Assembly (NCBI GenBank): GCA_951406725.2
Contig: OX597820.1
Span: forward strand, 111,972,001 to 112,036,000
DNA length: 64,000 nucleotides
Reading direction: 5' to 3'
Source of the DNA: Octopus vulgaris
Lineage: Eukaryota
Both the position numbers and the translations under genes were made by a program. The notes under the pieces are model-generated. The model was not told the DNA's origin and did no database searches. It saw nothing but the letters and a program-made list of their open reading frames with translations. This document shows, piece after piece, positions 52,954 through 64,000 of the stretch (its first letter is position 1; each line of letters opens with the position of its first letter).

Positions 52954-53392
52954 AAGGTAGGAAAACTGCAGAATAGTTAGCATACCAGACAACATGCTAA
53001 GCATCATTTCATCCAATTTACATTTTGAGTTCAAATACCACTGAGGTCAACTTTGACTTGCATCCTTTTGAAGTTGATGAAATAAGTACCTGCTGAACAC
53101 TGAGGTTGGTGTAATTGACTTGACCTATCCCCAGATTTCAGCCCTTGTGTCTATAGAAGAAAGGCTTATTATTATTATTAAGGCAGTGAGCTGGCAGAAT
53201 CAGTAGCATGCTGAGTGAAATGCCCAGCAGCATTTTGTCCATCTTCTCTTACTGAGTTCAAGTTCTGCCAAGGTTGACTTTGCCTTTCATCCTTTCAGGG
53301 TCAATAAAATAAGTACCAGTTGAGCACTGGGTCCAATGTAATCAATTTACTCTCTCCCCTAAAGCTGTTAGCTTTATGCCAAAATTTGAAAC
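52954..53392 (+). mobile_element. Two tandem SINE A copies
   Basis: GGCAGTGAGCTGGCAGAATC head, GAGTTCAA B-box, (ATT)n flanks. Confidence 0.85.
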
Positions 53393-54309
53393 TGTTATTA
53401 TTATTATTATTATATAAAACAATCACTATTTGCTGCCTCAGTCTGACTGACTAACAATTTTGGGTGCCATGATCTCTTAACAATCAAATGGTCAACTGCA
53501 GGAAGGAGAATCCAATTATGAAACCATTCTTGTTCTAGTGATATGTAAACGTCTAAATTTGGAAAACCTTTCCAATACAAACTGTAATGTAAGAGGACAA
53601 TTAAAATATCAACTCAGGTTTTATATTCAGTTCCATTATTGTTTCAGTCAAAGAAATCCCTATAAAAGGATTCAGGCCTGGGTCTTCTATAAAGATATTT
53701 TCTATAGATTTGACTGGGCCTGATGAAGCCTTCTGGCTTCACAGACCCCAGTAGAACCGTCCAACCCATGCTAGCATGGAAAACGGACGCTAAATGATGA
53801 TGATGATAATGATGATGATGATGAGATAACTTGGTTCCTATTGTGGAATCTATATAAGCTTTATGGTCAGGATAGATAAGACCAAAGATTTTTTAGTAAA
53901 GATAGGTGTGGTTGGGAGGTTAAGAAACTTGCTTCCTAATCATGGTTTCAGGTTTAGACCAATAGTGTAGCTTCTTGAGCAAGTGTTTTCTGCTATAGTC
54001 CCAGGTGAAGCAAAACTATTTCAGTGGATTTGGTAAATGGAAACTGAAAGAAGCATGTGTGTATGTATGAGAGAGAGTGTATATATATATATAATTTAAT
54101 CATGCCAATGACCTATAATCCTTAAGGGATGCTTGCATCCTAGTTCTCTGGTCTATACCAGCGTTCAGTAAAAAAATAAGTACGTTAATTTTGCATTGAT
54201 GTACATAGGTATTTAAAATATTTATGAATGAGAAAAAGAAGAAAATGGAGAAATTGACTTATAGACATCAGTTTATTAAAAGATATTCAAAACAATGCAA
54301 CATAAAATT

Positions 54310-54423
54310 ATTATCCCTACAGCTGTTTCCATATCCATTTAATTTAATTAGAGACATTAAATTAAATTAATTTATAATTTTCATATTGAAACTGGTTAAT
54401 TGGGTATTTCATCAGAGGAGAAT
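54310..54423 (-). ncRNA. Type I hammerhead ribozyme motif (Penelope type) in a GNS intron
   Basis: ATTCTCCT-CTGATGA-AATACCCA...TGGATATG-GAAAC-AGCT-GTA-GGGATAAT; diverged paralog at ~39680-39770 (+). Confidence 0.6.
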
Positions 54424-55549
54424 TTCCAGAAAGGAGTTATATTCCAATGTGTTGGTCGACTCTTGACAGACTCAGATGTCTGCATTTTGGTAATGTATTG
54501 AACAAAATGTAATGAGTATATGTAAAATACTTTATTTAATCTGCTTTGTGAGTATATATATAATACTTTATTTAATTTCATATTGTAGTGACTCACTTTA
54601 TGCTCACCTTTGAATGTCATGGGAGCACTCAGATGAACAAACATGTACGGTGTAATGTGATGAATATTTTCAAAAACAGATGAATACAGTGAGTCTGGCT
54701 GACGATCCTTGAGTAAAAAGGTACAAAAGGTGAAATCAATTGATACCAGGATGTCAGTTTCTTGCTTTTGTAGTTTATTATATTCATTGCATTCACCGTG
54801 TGTATTTATTAATAGTGAGAAATTTGTGGTTTTGGAGTGTTAGCTCCTCTTTCTGGCAAGTGGTACTCAGATACCCTACTTTATTTATTTGTATATTTCA
54901 CCTATATAAGTTAAACTTGCTGGCCACTTTATTATTATTATTATTAATAATGGTAATAATACTTTAATTTTTTATATTATATATATATATCACTGACCAC
55001 ATATACTTAATGTACATGCTTTGTGTATTTGCTGATGGGCTGCGATTTGGTGAGGTAGAGAATACTCTCTCAAACGATGATGATGATAATGTACATCAAT
55101 CACAACTGGTTAAGTTAATAGACCGTATTCCAAATAGAAAGCAAATTGCTTAACCAAATTTGCATGTGACATTGTCTCAGAAGTTTAAAGTTTAAAGTCC
55201 GTTTAAGTTGCAGCCATTCAGTTACTTCAGCTGAAACTGCAACCTTGAATGTCTGTTGGACTAACTACAACAAAAATAGAGTTATGTAGGGTAGCATTAA
55301 CTAATCAGACATTACATCTTAAAAATAATTCAGGGATAATTTGGATGATAAGGTATGGTTTGAGGGAGATTTGGTTGTTATTTCTAACAGGTCAAGCAGC
55401 CACATACAGGTTACCTTAATAGTTTAGAGTATCATTACAACAAAATGAAATTAGTAAAGGAGAGAAATTCGAGACTGAGCTCCCGATCCTTATCAGTGGT
55501 GACATCAGTATCATCATCATCATCATTGTTTAACGTCTGTTTTTCATGC

Positions 55550-56580
55550 TGGCATGGGTTGGACACTTTGACAGGAACCAGGAAGCCAAAGGACTGCATC
55601 AACCTTAATGTCTGCTTTGGCATGGTTGGACACTTTGACAGGAACCAGGAAGCCAAAGGACTGCATCAACCTTAATGTCTGCTTTGGCATGGTTGGACAC
55701 TTTGACAGGAACCAGGAAGCCAAAGGACTGCATCAACCTTAATGTCTGCTTTGGCATGGTTGGACACTTTGACAGGAACCAGCAAGCCAAAGGACTGCAT
55801 CAACCTTAATGTCTGCTTTGGCATGGTTGGACACTTTGACAGGAACCAGCAAGGCCAAAGGACTGCATCAACCTTAATGTCTGCTTTGGCATGGTTGGAC
55901 ACTTTGACAGGAACCAGCAGGCAAGCCAAAGGACTGCATCAACCTTAATGTCTGCTTTGGCATGGTTGGACACTTTGACAGGAACCAGGAAGGCCAAAGG
56001 ACTGCATCAACCTTAATGTCTGCTTTGGCATGGTTGGACACTTTGACAGGAACCAGCAAGGCCAAAGGACTGCATCAACCTTAATGTCTGCTTTGGCATG
56101 GTTGGACACTTTGACAGGAACCAGCAAGCCAAAGGACTGCATCAACCTTAATGTCTGCTTTGGCATGGTTGGACACTTTGACAGGAACCAGCAGGCCAAA
56201 GGACTGCATCAACCTTAATGTCTGCTTTGGCATGGTTGGACACTTTGACAGGAACCAGCAAGCCAAAGGACTGCATCAACCTTAATGTCTGCTTTGGCAT
56301 GGTTGGACACTTTGACAGGAACCAGCAAGGCCAAAGGACTGCATCAACCTTAATGTCTGCTTTGGCATTTGGCATGGTTGGACACTTTGACAGGAACCAG
56401 CAAGCCAAAGGACTGCATCAACCTTAATGTCTGCTTTGGCATGGTTGGACACTTTGACAGGAACCAGCAAGCCAAAGGACTGCATCAACCTTAATGTCTG
56501 CTTTGGCATGGTTGGACACTTTGACAGGAACCAGCAAGCCAAAGGACTGCATCAACCTTAATGTCTGCTTTGGCATGGTT
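55550..56580. repeat. Tandem array of ~15 x ~67-bp units inside an RTE 3' tail
   Basis: Unit TGGCATGGTTGGACACTTTGACAGGAACCAG(C/G)AAGCCAAAGGACTGCATCAACCTTAATGTCTGCTT. Confidence 0.95.
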
Positions 56581-57684
56581 TCAGTGGTCAAATGCCCTTC
56601 AAAACTAGTTTACAGATTGTACTGGGTCCTCTTTTTTCATGGTACTAGCACTAGTGAGGTCACCAAGTGTGTTGAAGGAGGTGGTTTTATGGTAGGTTTT
56701 GTAATGTTAAAAGTGTGATGAAAGTACAAGGACAAGTAAAGAGGAGATACATGGCTTCCTCACCTAGAGAAAGAGATGACTATAAGAGAGAAATAGAGAT
56801 AAAGGATTAGGAAGGGGTAGGTATGTTTGTGAGAGTGTGAAAGGAGAGTGACAGACAGTTAGAGATGGGGACAGAGGTGGACACAGTGAACCTACCCTGG
56901 AAAATTAGAGGAAATGATATTATTGATCCTAAAATCTGATTGAAACATTTTTCAAATTTAATTTCAGTTTTCTTTTCTCTTTCTTGTAAAACACGTTTCA
57001 AACAGTTCAATCTCCATACAATGCATGGGAAATAAAGGTTTGAGAGTTCAATCTCAAGAGTGGCATCAAATATGGTAAATAATTGGTTGGTTTAAAACAA
57101 TTTCTAAACAGAATGTGGAACTGAAACACTTGAGCAAAATGAGCAAAAATCAGTCAAACTTTTACGTTGGAGAACTTAGATTATCTTTTCCTCTACCTTA
57201 AGATGGTATATACACAATTTATATAATGTGTGAGAGATTGTAGGTGATAGAGTTGATAGTGTGTTGGATCATCAGCTATTAAGTAAATGGTTTACATCCT
57301 GTCACTAGAGCTGCAGATTAGCTATGGTTAAGACATTTAGCTCTTAAATGCTCCTCTCTGCATGATTGCAAATAGGTTGCATGGTTAAGAATAGTTCACT
57401 ATTGTAAGAAACAGCAGGAGTAGTGTGTAATTAGCAAAAGTCTAATTAGCTTGTAGTGTTATGGGGAAAATGCTCCAATGCTGAAACTGACAAATTTTCC
57501 AATCATCTTGTTAATGTCTTGCCTTTGACAAGGCGGTAATCTAGGCCTTAGTTCTGATTACTGGTTGCAAGAGGTGGCTATAATACAACAGCTAAACATA
57601 TAAAATTCATTCTGTATAGATAAAACCAATGTCATTGTTAACTCAAGAGAGACTACCAAAAGGAAGATAATTTGTGCTACTTAC

Positions 57685-57894
57685 TGACATCCCTTGGTTC
57701 TTGTACTGAGGACAGTTTTTCACCTCTTCATGGAATTCGCCACTGTGCTCAATTAAGAAATTGTTCCGAAATTTGGGGTCAGTTTTATTGGCTGTTAACA
57801 ATGGCTGCAAGGATTTCCCATCAAACTTTCCAGGTTCTTTGATCCCCGCCAATGAAAGGAATGTTGGAGCAAAATCAATATTCAATACAAGTTC
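57685..57894 (-). CDS. GNS: GNS coding exon
   Basis: accag|GAA...TCA|gtaagt; 210 bp; ELVLNIDFAPTFLSLAG...FDGKSLQPLL...CPQYKNQGMS; overlaps ORF 57643..57885. Confidence 0.93.
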
Positions 57895-58259
57895 CTGGTT
57901 TAAAGAAAGTACAAAAACAAAGTAGAAATAAATAGTTAATTGACATTACATGTCAAAATACTTGAGAAACAAAAGCAACTGGTCATTTATAATTTTATAA
58001 TTTTGGTAGGAGAGACAAATACATCTTGTACTGGTTTGCCTACCATACAAGATTCAAGGAATTTTTGTGAAAGTTTAGTGTTAGTAACTGAACCAATCTC
58101 TTAGTCACTATGTTTTGTGATATTCATGAATTTCCTTAGGATAATAACAATGTAAATAGGTTTTGTTTAAGAAGTGATGTCAAGTTATGGACATCAAAAC
58201 TTACAGTCAAGCCAGAAAAGGATCTCTAAATTAGTCATAAAAGTTTTGGCAGCATAACA

Positions 58260-58610
58260 ACATCATCATCATCATTATCGTTTAACGTCGGCTTTCCATG
58301 CTAGCATGGGTTGGACGATTTTGACTGAGGGCTGGCGAACCAGATGGCTGCACCAGGCTCCAATCTTGATTTGGCAGAGTTTCTACAGCTGGATGCCCTT
58401 CCTAACGCCAACCACTCCAAGAGTGTAGTGGGTGCTTTTTACATGCCACTGGCACGGGGGCCAGTCAGGCGGTACTGGCAACGACCTCACTCGAATCTTT
58501 TTACACATGCCATCAGCACAGGTGCCAGTAAGGCGACGTTGGTAATGATCACGCTCAAATGGTACCCTTTTACGTGCCACTGGCATGGAAGCCAGTTGGC
58601 TGCTCTGGCA
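58260..58610 (-). mobile_element. RTE 3' UTR fragment
   Basis: Reverse complement of the 7550-7866 tail. Confidence 0.85.
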
Positions 58611-58947
58611 CACAACAACAAAATAGTATAAGGCAGGTGATACATATTCAACTGTATTAACAAAGAAATTAGTTAAAAAGCTTTGTCATTAAACTGGTAT
58701 TAGGAACAAGAATCAACAGGAAATTTTTATGGAAGATTTTAATTTTGATCACTTTAAAACATGACATTTGTGTTATAAAACTAAGGGCAGTCTTGGGTGA
58801 GTTGGTATTGTTTAATATCCTTGAAGTGTTTCTGTCAGCAAATTTACAATATCAAATATCCAGTGCTGACCTCACACTTTTAAATGCAAGAACTTACAAA
58901 GAAACTATCAGAATGGTGAATGAACGTTGTGTCTAAATTGTACTTAC

Positions 58948-59051
58948 ATTGCGAGTTTGATTTGCCTTTATGCCAGGGCCTCTGACCAAAAACGGGACTC
59001 TGTTGTCAAAATCATACAACTGCCTCTTGTCATAGGGAAGAGAGAACTGAC
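58948..59051 (-). CDS. GNS: GNS coding exon
   Basis: ttcag|GT...AAT|gtaagt; 104 bp; (G)[34 protein letters not shown]. Confidence 0.95.
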
Positions 59052-59966
59052 CTGAAATAAAAGCGAAAAAGTTACGTGAATGTAACAAATGAAGATTTCA
59101 ATAGATAAGTACTTCAAATTTTGGCTCAAAGCCAGCAATATAAGAGGGGTGTTTAGTCATCAATCTCAGTACTTCACTGGTTCTTTATATTATTGATCTT
59201 GATAGGATGAAAGATAGACATCTAATGATTCTGCCAGCTTGTTGCCTTACTTTTTTGCATGACATTAACCACACCAACTAAATGTGAACTTAACAAGATT
59301 AAATATTATCACATCAAAAACTGAGAAATCATCATCATCATCTTTTAATGACTGTCTTCTAAGTTGGTATAGACTGGCTGGTTAGACAGGATCTAACAAA
59401 TCAAAGTAATGCATCAAGCACCAGTATGTTTCCTTTGGCATGGTTCCTATGGCTGGATGCCAACCTAATGCCAACCGCTTTGCAGCATGTACTGGCTGCT
59501 TTTCTTTTTTTGTGACACCAGCACAAGTAATGTCACCAAGTGATTTGCAAGACAAAAAACATTCTCTTTGACTGAGTGGTGGTTAGTAGATATCTATTAA
59601 TAATAATAATATTGAAGTACAAAGTCTTAGGACAACATTTCACACACAATGATTATGGCTAAAATGCAAACCCTCAAGGAAGCCTTTACATAATTGTTTG
59701 ACTAATTAGATATAGTAACCAAATCTCCCTCAATATCCTGCAGTCGTAAGATATGAATGACACATTGGATAAGGAAATCATAGATACACTGCCAGGAAAC
59801 AAAAAGGATGGGATTGTCATGGCTGGAACATCTTTGATCAGTATTTACCTGGAACAAATTAACAAGCACCACCTTTATTCATGTATGATTGTTTCTGTAC
59901 CCATGGATCACCTGACGACTGCTTATCCTTCTATTGTGTGACACACTGGACATGTAATAACATACA

Positions 59967-60343
59967 TAGGTGCAGGTATGGCTGTGTGGATAGGCACAGG
60001 TGTGATTGTGTGGTAAGAAGCTAGCCTCCCAGCCACATGGCTCTGGGTTCAGTTCCACTGTGTGGCATGTTGGGCAAGTGTCTTGTGAGTGTATTTAGTA
60101 GATGGAAAGACTGAAAGAAGGCCATTGTATATGTGTGTGAGTGTTTGTCACCCACTACTGCTTGACAACCAGTGTTGGTGTGTTAATGGATCTATAACTT
60201 AGCAGTTCGGCAAAAGAGAATGACAAAATAAGTACCGGGCTTAAAAAAAGATAAATACTGGAGTTAATTCATTCAACTAAATTCTTCAAGGTGGTGCCTC
60301 AGCATGGCCGCTGTCTAATGACTGAAACAAGTAAAAGATAAAG
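59967..60343 (+). mobile_element. SINE family B with duplicated head
   Basis: Two GG.GCAGGT.TG..TGTGTGG heads; CAGCATGGCCGC...TGACTGAAACAAGTAAAAG tail. Confidence 0.8.
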
Positions 60344-60631
60344 ATACAGCATGTTCTTCTACTGTGCACAATATGCCCATCCCATGAACACTGATACTTG
60401 AACTGGTCAAAATTCCAAAAGACAAATATACTATATTCAGATGCACACAGAACAACAGTCACACTTCATACAACACTTAATAACTTTCACAATACACACA
60501 GACTACAAAGTAAAGAAAGTAAAAGTAAGTACAAACAATAAATTAGATCCCTCATGAACTGTGCCAGTCCTATATCACAGCACACTGATTAATACCATTA
60601 GCAGGTGACAGCACATTACAACAACACTTAC

Positions 60632-60750
60632 CTAAGTGATAGCCATTATCTGAAGTAAAGAATATGTAAGTATTGTTGAGGAGTCCAGTTGCAGTCAGTT
60701 GCTTGACAATATTCTCTACAAGATCATCAACAGACAGAAGTGTTCTCCAT
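60632..60750 (-). CDS. GNS: GNS coding exon with sulfatase TSDNG motif
   Basis: ctcag|A...G|gtaagt; 119 bp; [39 protein letters not shown](G); phase matches both neighbouring exons. Confidence 0.95.
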
Positions 60751-62109
60751 CTGAGAAAGGCAAAAAAAAAAAAAAAAAAATCTGGTTCTTCATTAAAAGA
60801 AAGAATAAATAAATCACAAATAAAATTGTTGAAGAATTGTTGGTAACATGACCTGATTTATATTTTGAATATCTCCCAAAAGGTACTCATTTCATTCCCT
60901 AAGCAGCTGTTATCTTTTTCATAACAATTAAAAATCCACACAGAAAATGTTTGTCTTCATGTTTATTGACAACTCCATTCCATTTAATGTTGATACTGCT
61001 CTAGCTGCAACATTATTACAAGGAGGCCATCTTGTTGCCTTTTTATTTTTCATCTAGTTTTGACATTTTCTTCAGATGTGAAAAAGAGAATTTGCTAATG
61101 TCATATATTTGCAAATGTCTTATATTGAATGTGCTTCTTTTACTAACCAGATGAGAAAATTTTTTCAATGTAATCAAGACAAATTTTGTGTCATCTGGGG
61201 CAAGAAGATTGTTGCATTAAGTGCAGATATGTGGTCAAGGAGTCTGCTTTCCAACCACATGGTTTGGGGTTCAGTTTGACTTCATTTTGGGTAAGTGAAT
61301 AACAACAGATTCAAAGTTAAAAATATAGTAAATTTTCAAATTTTTAATCTTAAAATTTCAAAAAGTGTTGAGTCAAACAGTAATGGCAGGTTTACCTATG
61401 TTATAAAAAGCTATGGAACAGTAAATAGGGTTTCACTTTGTGATCTGCCATGAGGCCTGATATCTCCAGGTGAAATAAAGCTTAAAGAATTGACTCATAA
61501 TTTTCTGAATGAAGACGAAGTTAATTAATTTTAAAAAACATCCTCTTGAGAAATAATTCAATGTCCAAATTAACAACAAAAACTACTAGATAATGTCATA
61601 GAGCCCTGCCATACTCACCACTACTATTAAGGAACTTTGTTGTTCTAACAGAACTATAATATTTCTTGCAAAACTTAATTTATGACTTTATAATTAAGTC
61701 GAAATTTTATATATAAACATAAAAATTTAATTTCAGAATGGTATTATACAACTACTATTAATTTTTACTAATTGTAACAATTTCTAATTCTTTATACTAT
61801 GATGTAAAGTGGTGGTTTTATCTTGTTTATAACGGGCTGAGATTATCTTATTTATATGGTTTTGACTTGGAATAGATAATAAATATATTTTATTTCTTGA
61901 GTAGGAATCTATGGTGATAAACCTGTCACTTATAACTTAATTATAAGTATTATCACTATAATAAAGTCATTAACTGGTTGAGGAAAATGAAGAAAGAGAA
62001 ATTACTTACTACATTAATCCATTAATCTAATACAGTTTGGTAATCACTTTGCTGGACATAGTTAAATTCTTTGGTTACCTAATATTTGTAATTTTAGGGT
62101 ATGAAAGGT

Positions 62110-63574
62110 AATTCTAATAATTATGAAACAGGCCGAGGCTAGGTTATCAGCAATTGATAACTCGAAGTTACCAGGTAACTATAAAATTTGGTGCTTGCAG
62201 TTCAGCTTGTACCCGCAACTTGTGTGGCCACTTTTAATATACGAGGTAGCATTGTCATGAGTTGAAATCATTGAACAAAAATGTAATGTGTTCATTAGAA
62301 AGTGGCTAGGCCTACCTCGTATGTTGAACAGTTCAGCTCTTTATCGTAAAAAAGGTTCGTTGCAGCTACCAATAGCATCAATAGTCGAAATATATAAAGT
62401 GGGGAAGATATGGATGGTCATGATGCTGAGAGAATCGAAGGATATGGATATCAGGCGTAACCCACCAGAGGTGAAAACAGCCAGGAAGTGGAAAGCAGAA
62501 GCAGAAACTGATGACATCTTGTCTTCTCTTATACACAGAGATATGGTGGGTGCAACGCAGAACCATCGGAAAGGACTTGGTTTTGGCGCAGATCAGTTCA
62601 GACCATTTGCAAGCATGATGCGGAGTGAACGCAGATCTGTTGTTAGCAACAGCGTCAAAACAAGAGAAGCAGAGAGAAGAGAGCTTCATTTGATCCGATG
62701 TTTTCATCAAGGTCAAATGACGAGATGGGAAGAACATGTTGTTGAGAGGAAGATAAGTTGGGATGAGGTATGGAAGTGGACATCTTGGCTGAGTTTCCTG
62801 ATTCGTTCATCTTATGATGTTTTGCCATCACCTACGAATCTAGTAAGATGGAACGCCTCAGAGAATGACATCTGCAAATGTGGAAGGGTCGGTACACTGA
62901 AACATATTCTTTCCAACTGTTCATTAGCATTGAACAGGTATACATGGAGACACAACTTGGTCCTTAAGGTTATCTTCAATGCTATAAAGAACCAAATTCA
63001 TCTCAACAACACTGAGAAAAAACTGTTAAAAGTACCATCTAGAGATTTCGTTACCTTCATGCAACCAGGTCAGCGGATCTGTTTCAAGAAGAAGATCAAG
63101 AAACTTCCTGTGAGAGATGAAAAGTGGAACAGCTATTGGGAGGTAACTGCAGATTTACCTGGGTGCCAGGTCTTCTTTCCCATCCCAATTACGAAAAAAC
63201 CAGACATTTTGATGTGGTGTGAAAGAAAGAAAGTTGTAAATATAGTCGAGTTAACGGTTCCTCATGAAGATAATATGGACGCCGCTCGGGCTCGAAAATT
63301 TAACCGTTATGTAAACCTCCTTGAGGAATGTGAAGACGCAAGCTGGAAAGCGGAACATTTTCCAATTGAAGTCGGATGTAGAGGGTTCGTTGGACACAGT
63401 TTGAGACGACTGTTGTTATCGCTAGGCCTAACTCATCGTGAAGTCAATACCACCATGACTGATATCCAATCTACAGTAGAGAAGGCTAGCCTCTGGATTT
63501 GGTTAAAAAGAGACGATAAGCGATGGCTAGAAGGATATTGTGCTTTATTTGATAACCAGCTCGACAGTAACTAA
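62110..63574 (+). mobile_element. HERO-like (RLE) non-LTR retrotransposon 3' portion, antisense in a GNS intron
   Basis: RKWLGLPR, LSFLIRSSYDVLPSP, CKCG..GTLKHILSNC, YTWRHN, PDI...VELTVP.E, PIEVGCRGF; 428-codon open frame. Confidence 0.85.
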
Positions 63575-63665
63575 CCAGATTTCTCATTCTTTGCTCCAAG
63601 TTTACTGTGTATGCGTGAAGGAAATATAAAGATCTTAAAATGGCTTGGTAAAGAATTGTACTTAC

Positions 63666-63748
63666 CGATTCCGGAATATGTTATCAATCAATTCAATTGT
63701 GCTGTTTGACATTGGAGAAATAGCTTGCCGGATTAACCAGTGTTTGTC
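63666..63748 (-). CDS. GNS: N-acetylglucosamine-6-sulfatase, internal coding exon (first in window; gene continues beyond 64000)
   Basis: Minus strand ttcag|GAC...CG|gtaagt; 83 bp; [28 protein letters not shown] resembles vertebrate [30 protein letters not shown]. Confidence 0.92.
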
Positions 63749-64000
63749 CTGAAATGAATGCATAACTTTCTAGAAGGAAAAATTCACTGAATTTACTATT
63801 GATGGTCAGTAACTGAAAAAAGTTTGCTTGGGCAGATTTTGTGCATTTGCAATCACCTGAACAGTTAAGGAAAACCTATAAGTCTCACATTCCATATAGG
63901 TTGTGCTCCAGCCTAGTCTGATACCACATAGAACATTCTATTGTGTAAAGTATTGGAAGTGCAGCAGTGTAAACTGTTTGAGTATGTTTAAAGATTCTGG

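Noticed and set aside
55550-56580. CRISPR array
   Set aside because: Units are contiguous with no unique spacers, derive from an RTE tail, and no cas genes are present

Overview
AT-rich, microsatellite-laden eukaryotic DNA, most likely from an octopus (inferred from the SINE and RTE families, not proven). The only host gene I can support is the 3' part of an N-acetylglucosamine-6-sulfatase (GNS): six minus-strand coding exons from 63748 down to the stop at 44203, all with GT-AG junctions and continuous phase. The rest is mostly nested, decayed transposons. Non-LTR retroelements: RTE, CR1-like, R4/Dong, HERO, CRE and Penelope-like. DNA transposons: mariner, maT/Tc1-like, hAT and piggyBac, plus MITEs. 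There are also at least four tRNA-derived SINE families. There is no CRISPR array or prokaryotic system, and I found no clearly new biological system. The best leads are (1) several Penelope-type hammerhead ribozyme motifs, one with intact core boxes in sense orientation inside a GNS intron; (2) a perfect 193-bp inverted repeat bounding about 1.9 kb of non-coding DNA; (3) a roughly 15-copy 67-bp array grown from an RTE tail; (4) a LINE/SINE pair sharing a covarying 3' hairpin. All family assignments come from motif recognition by eye.
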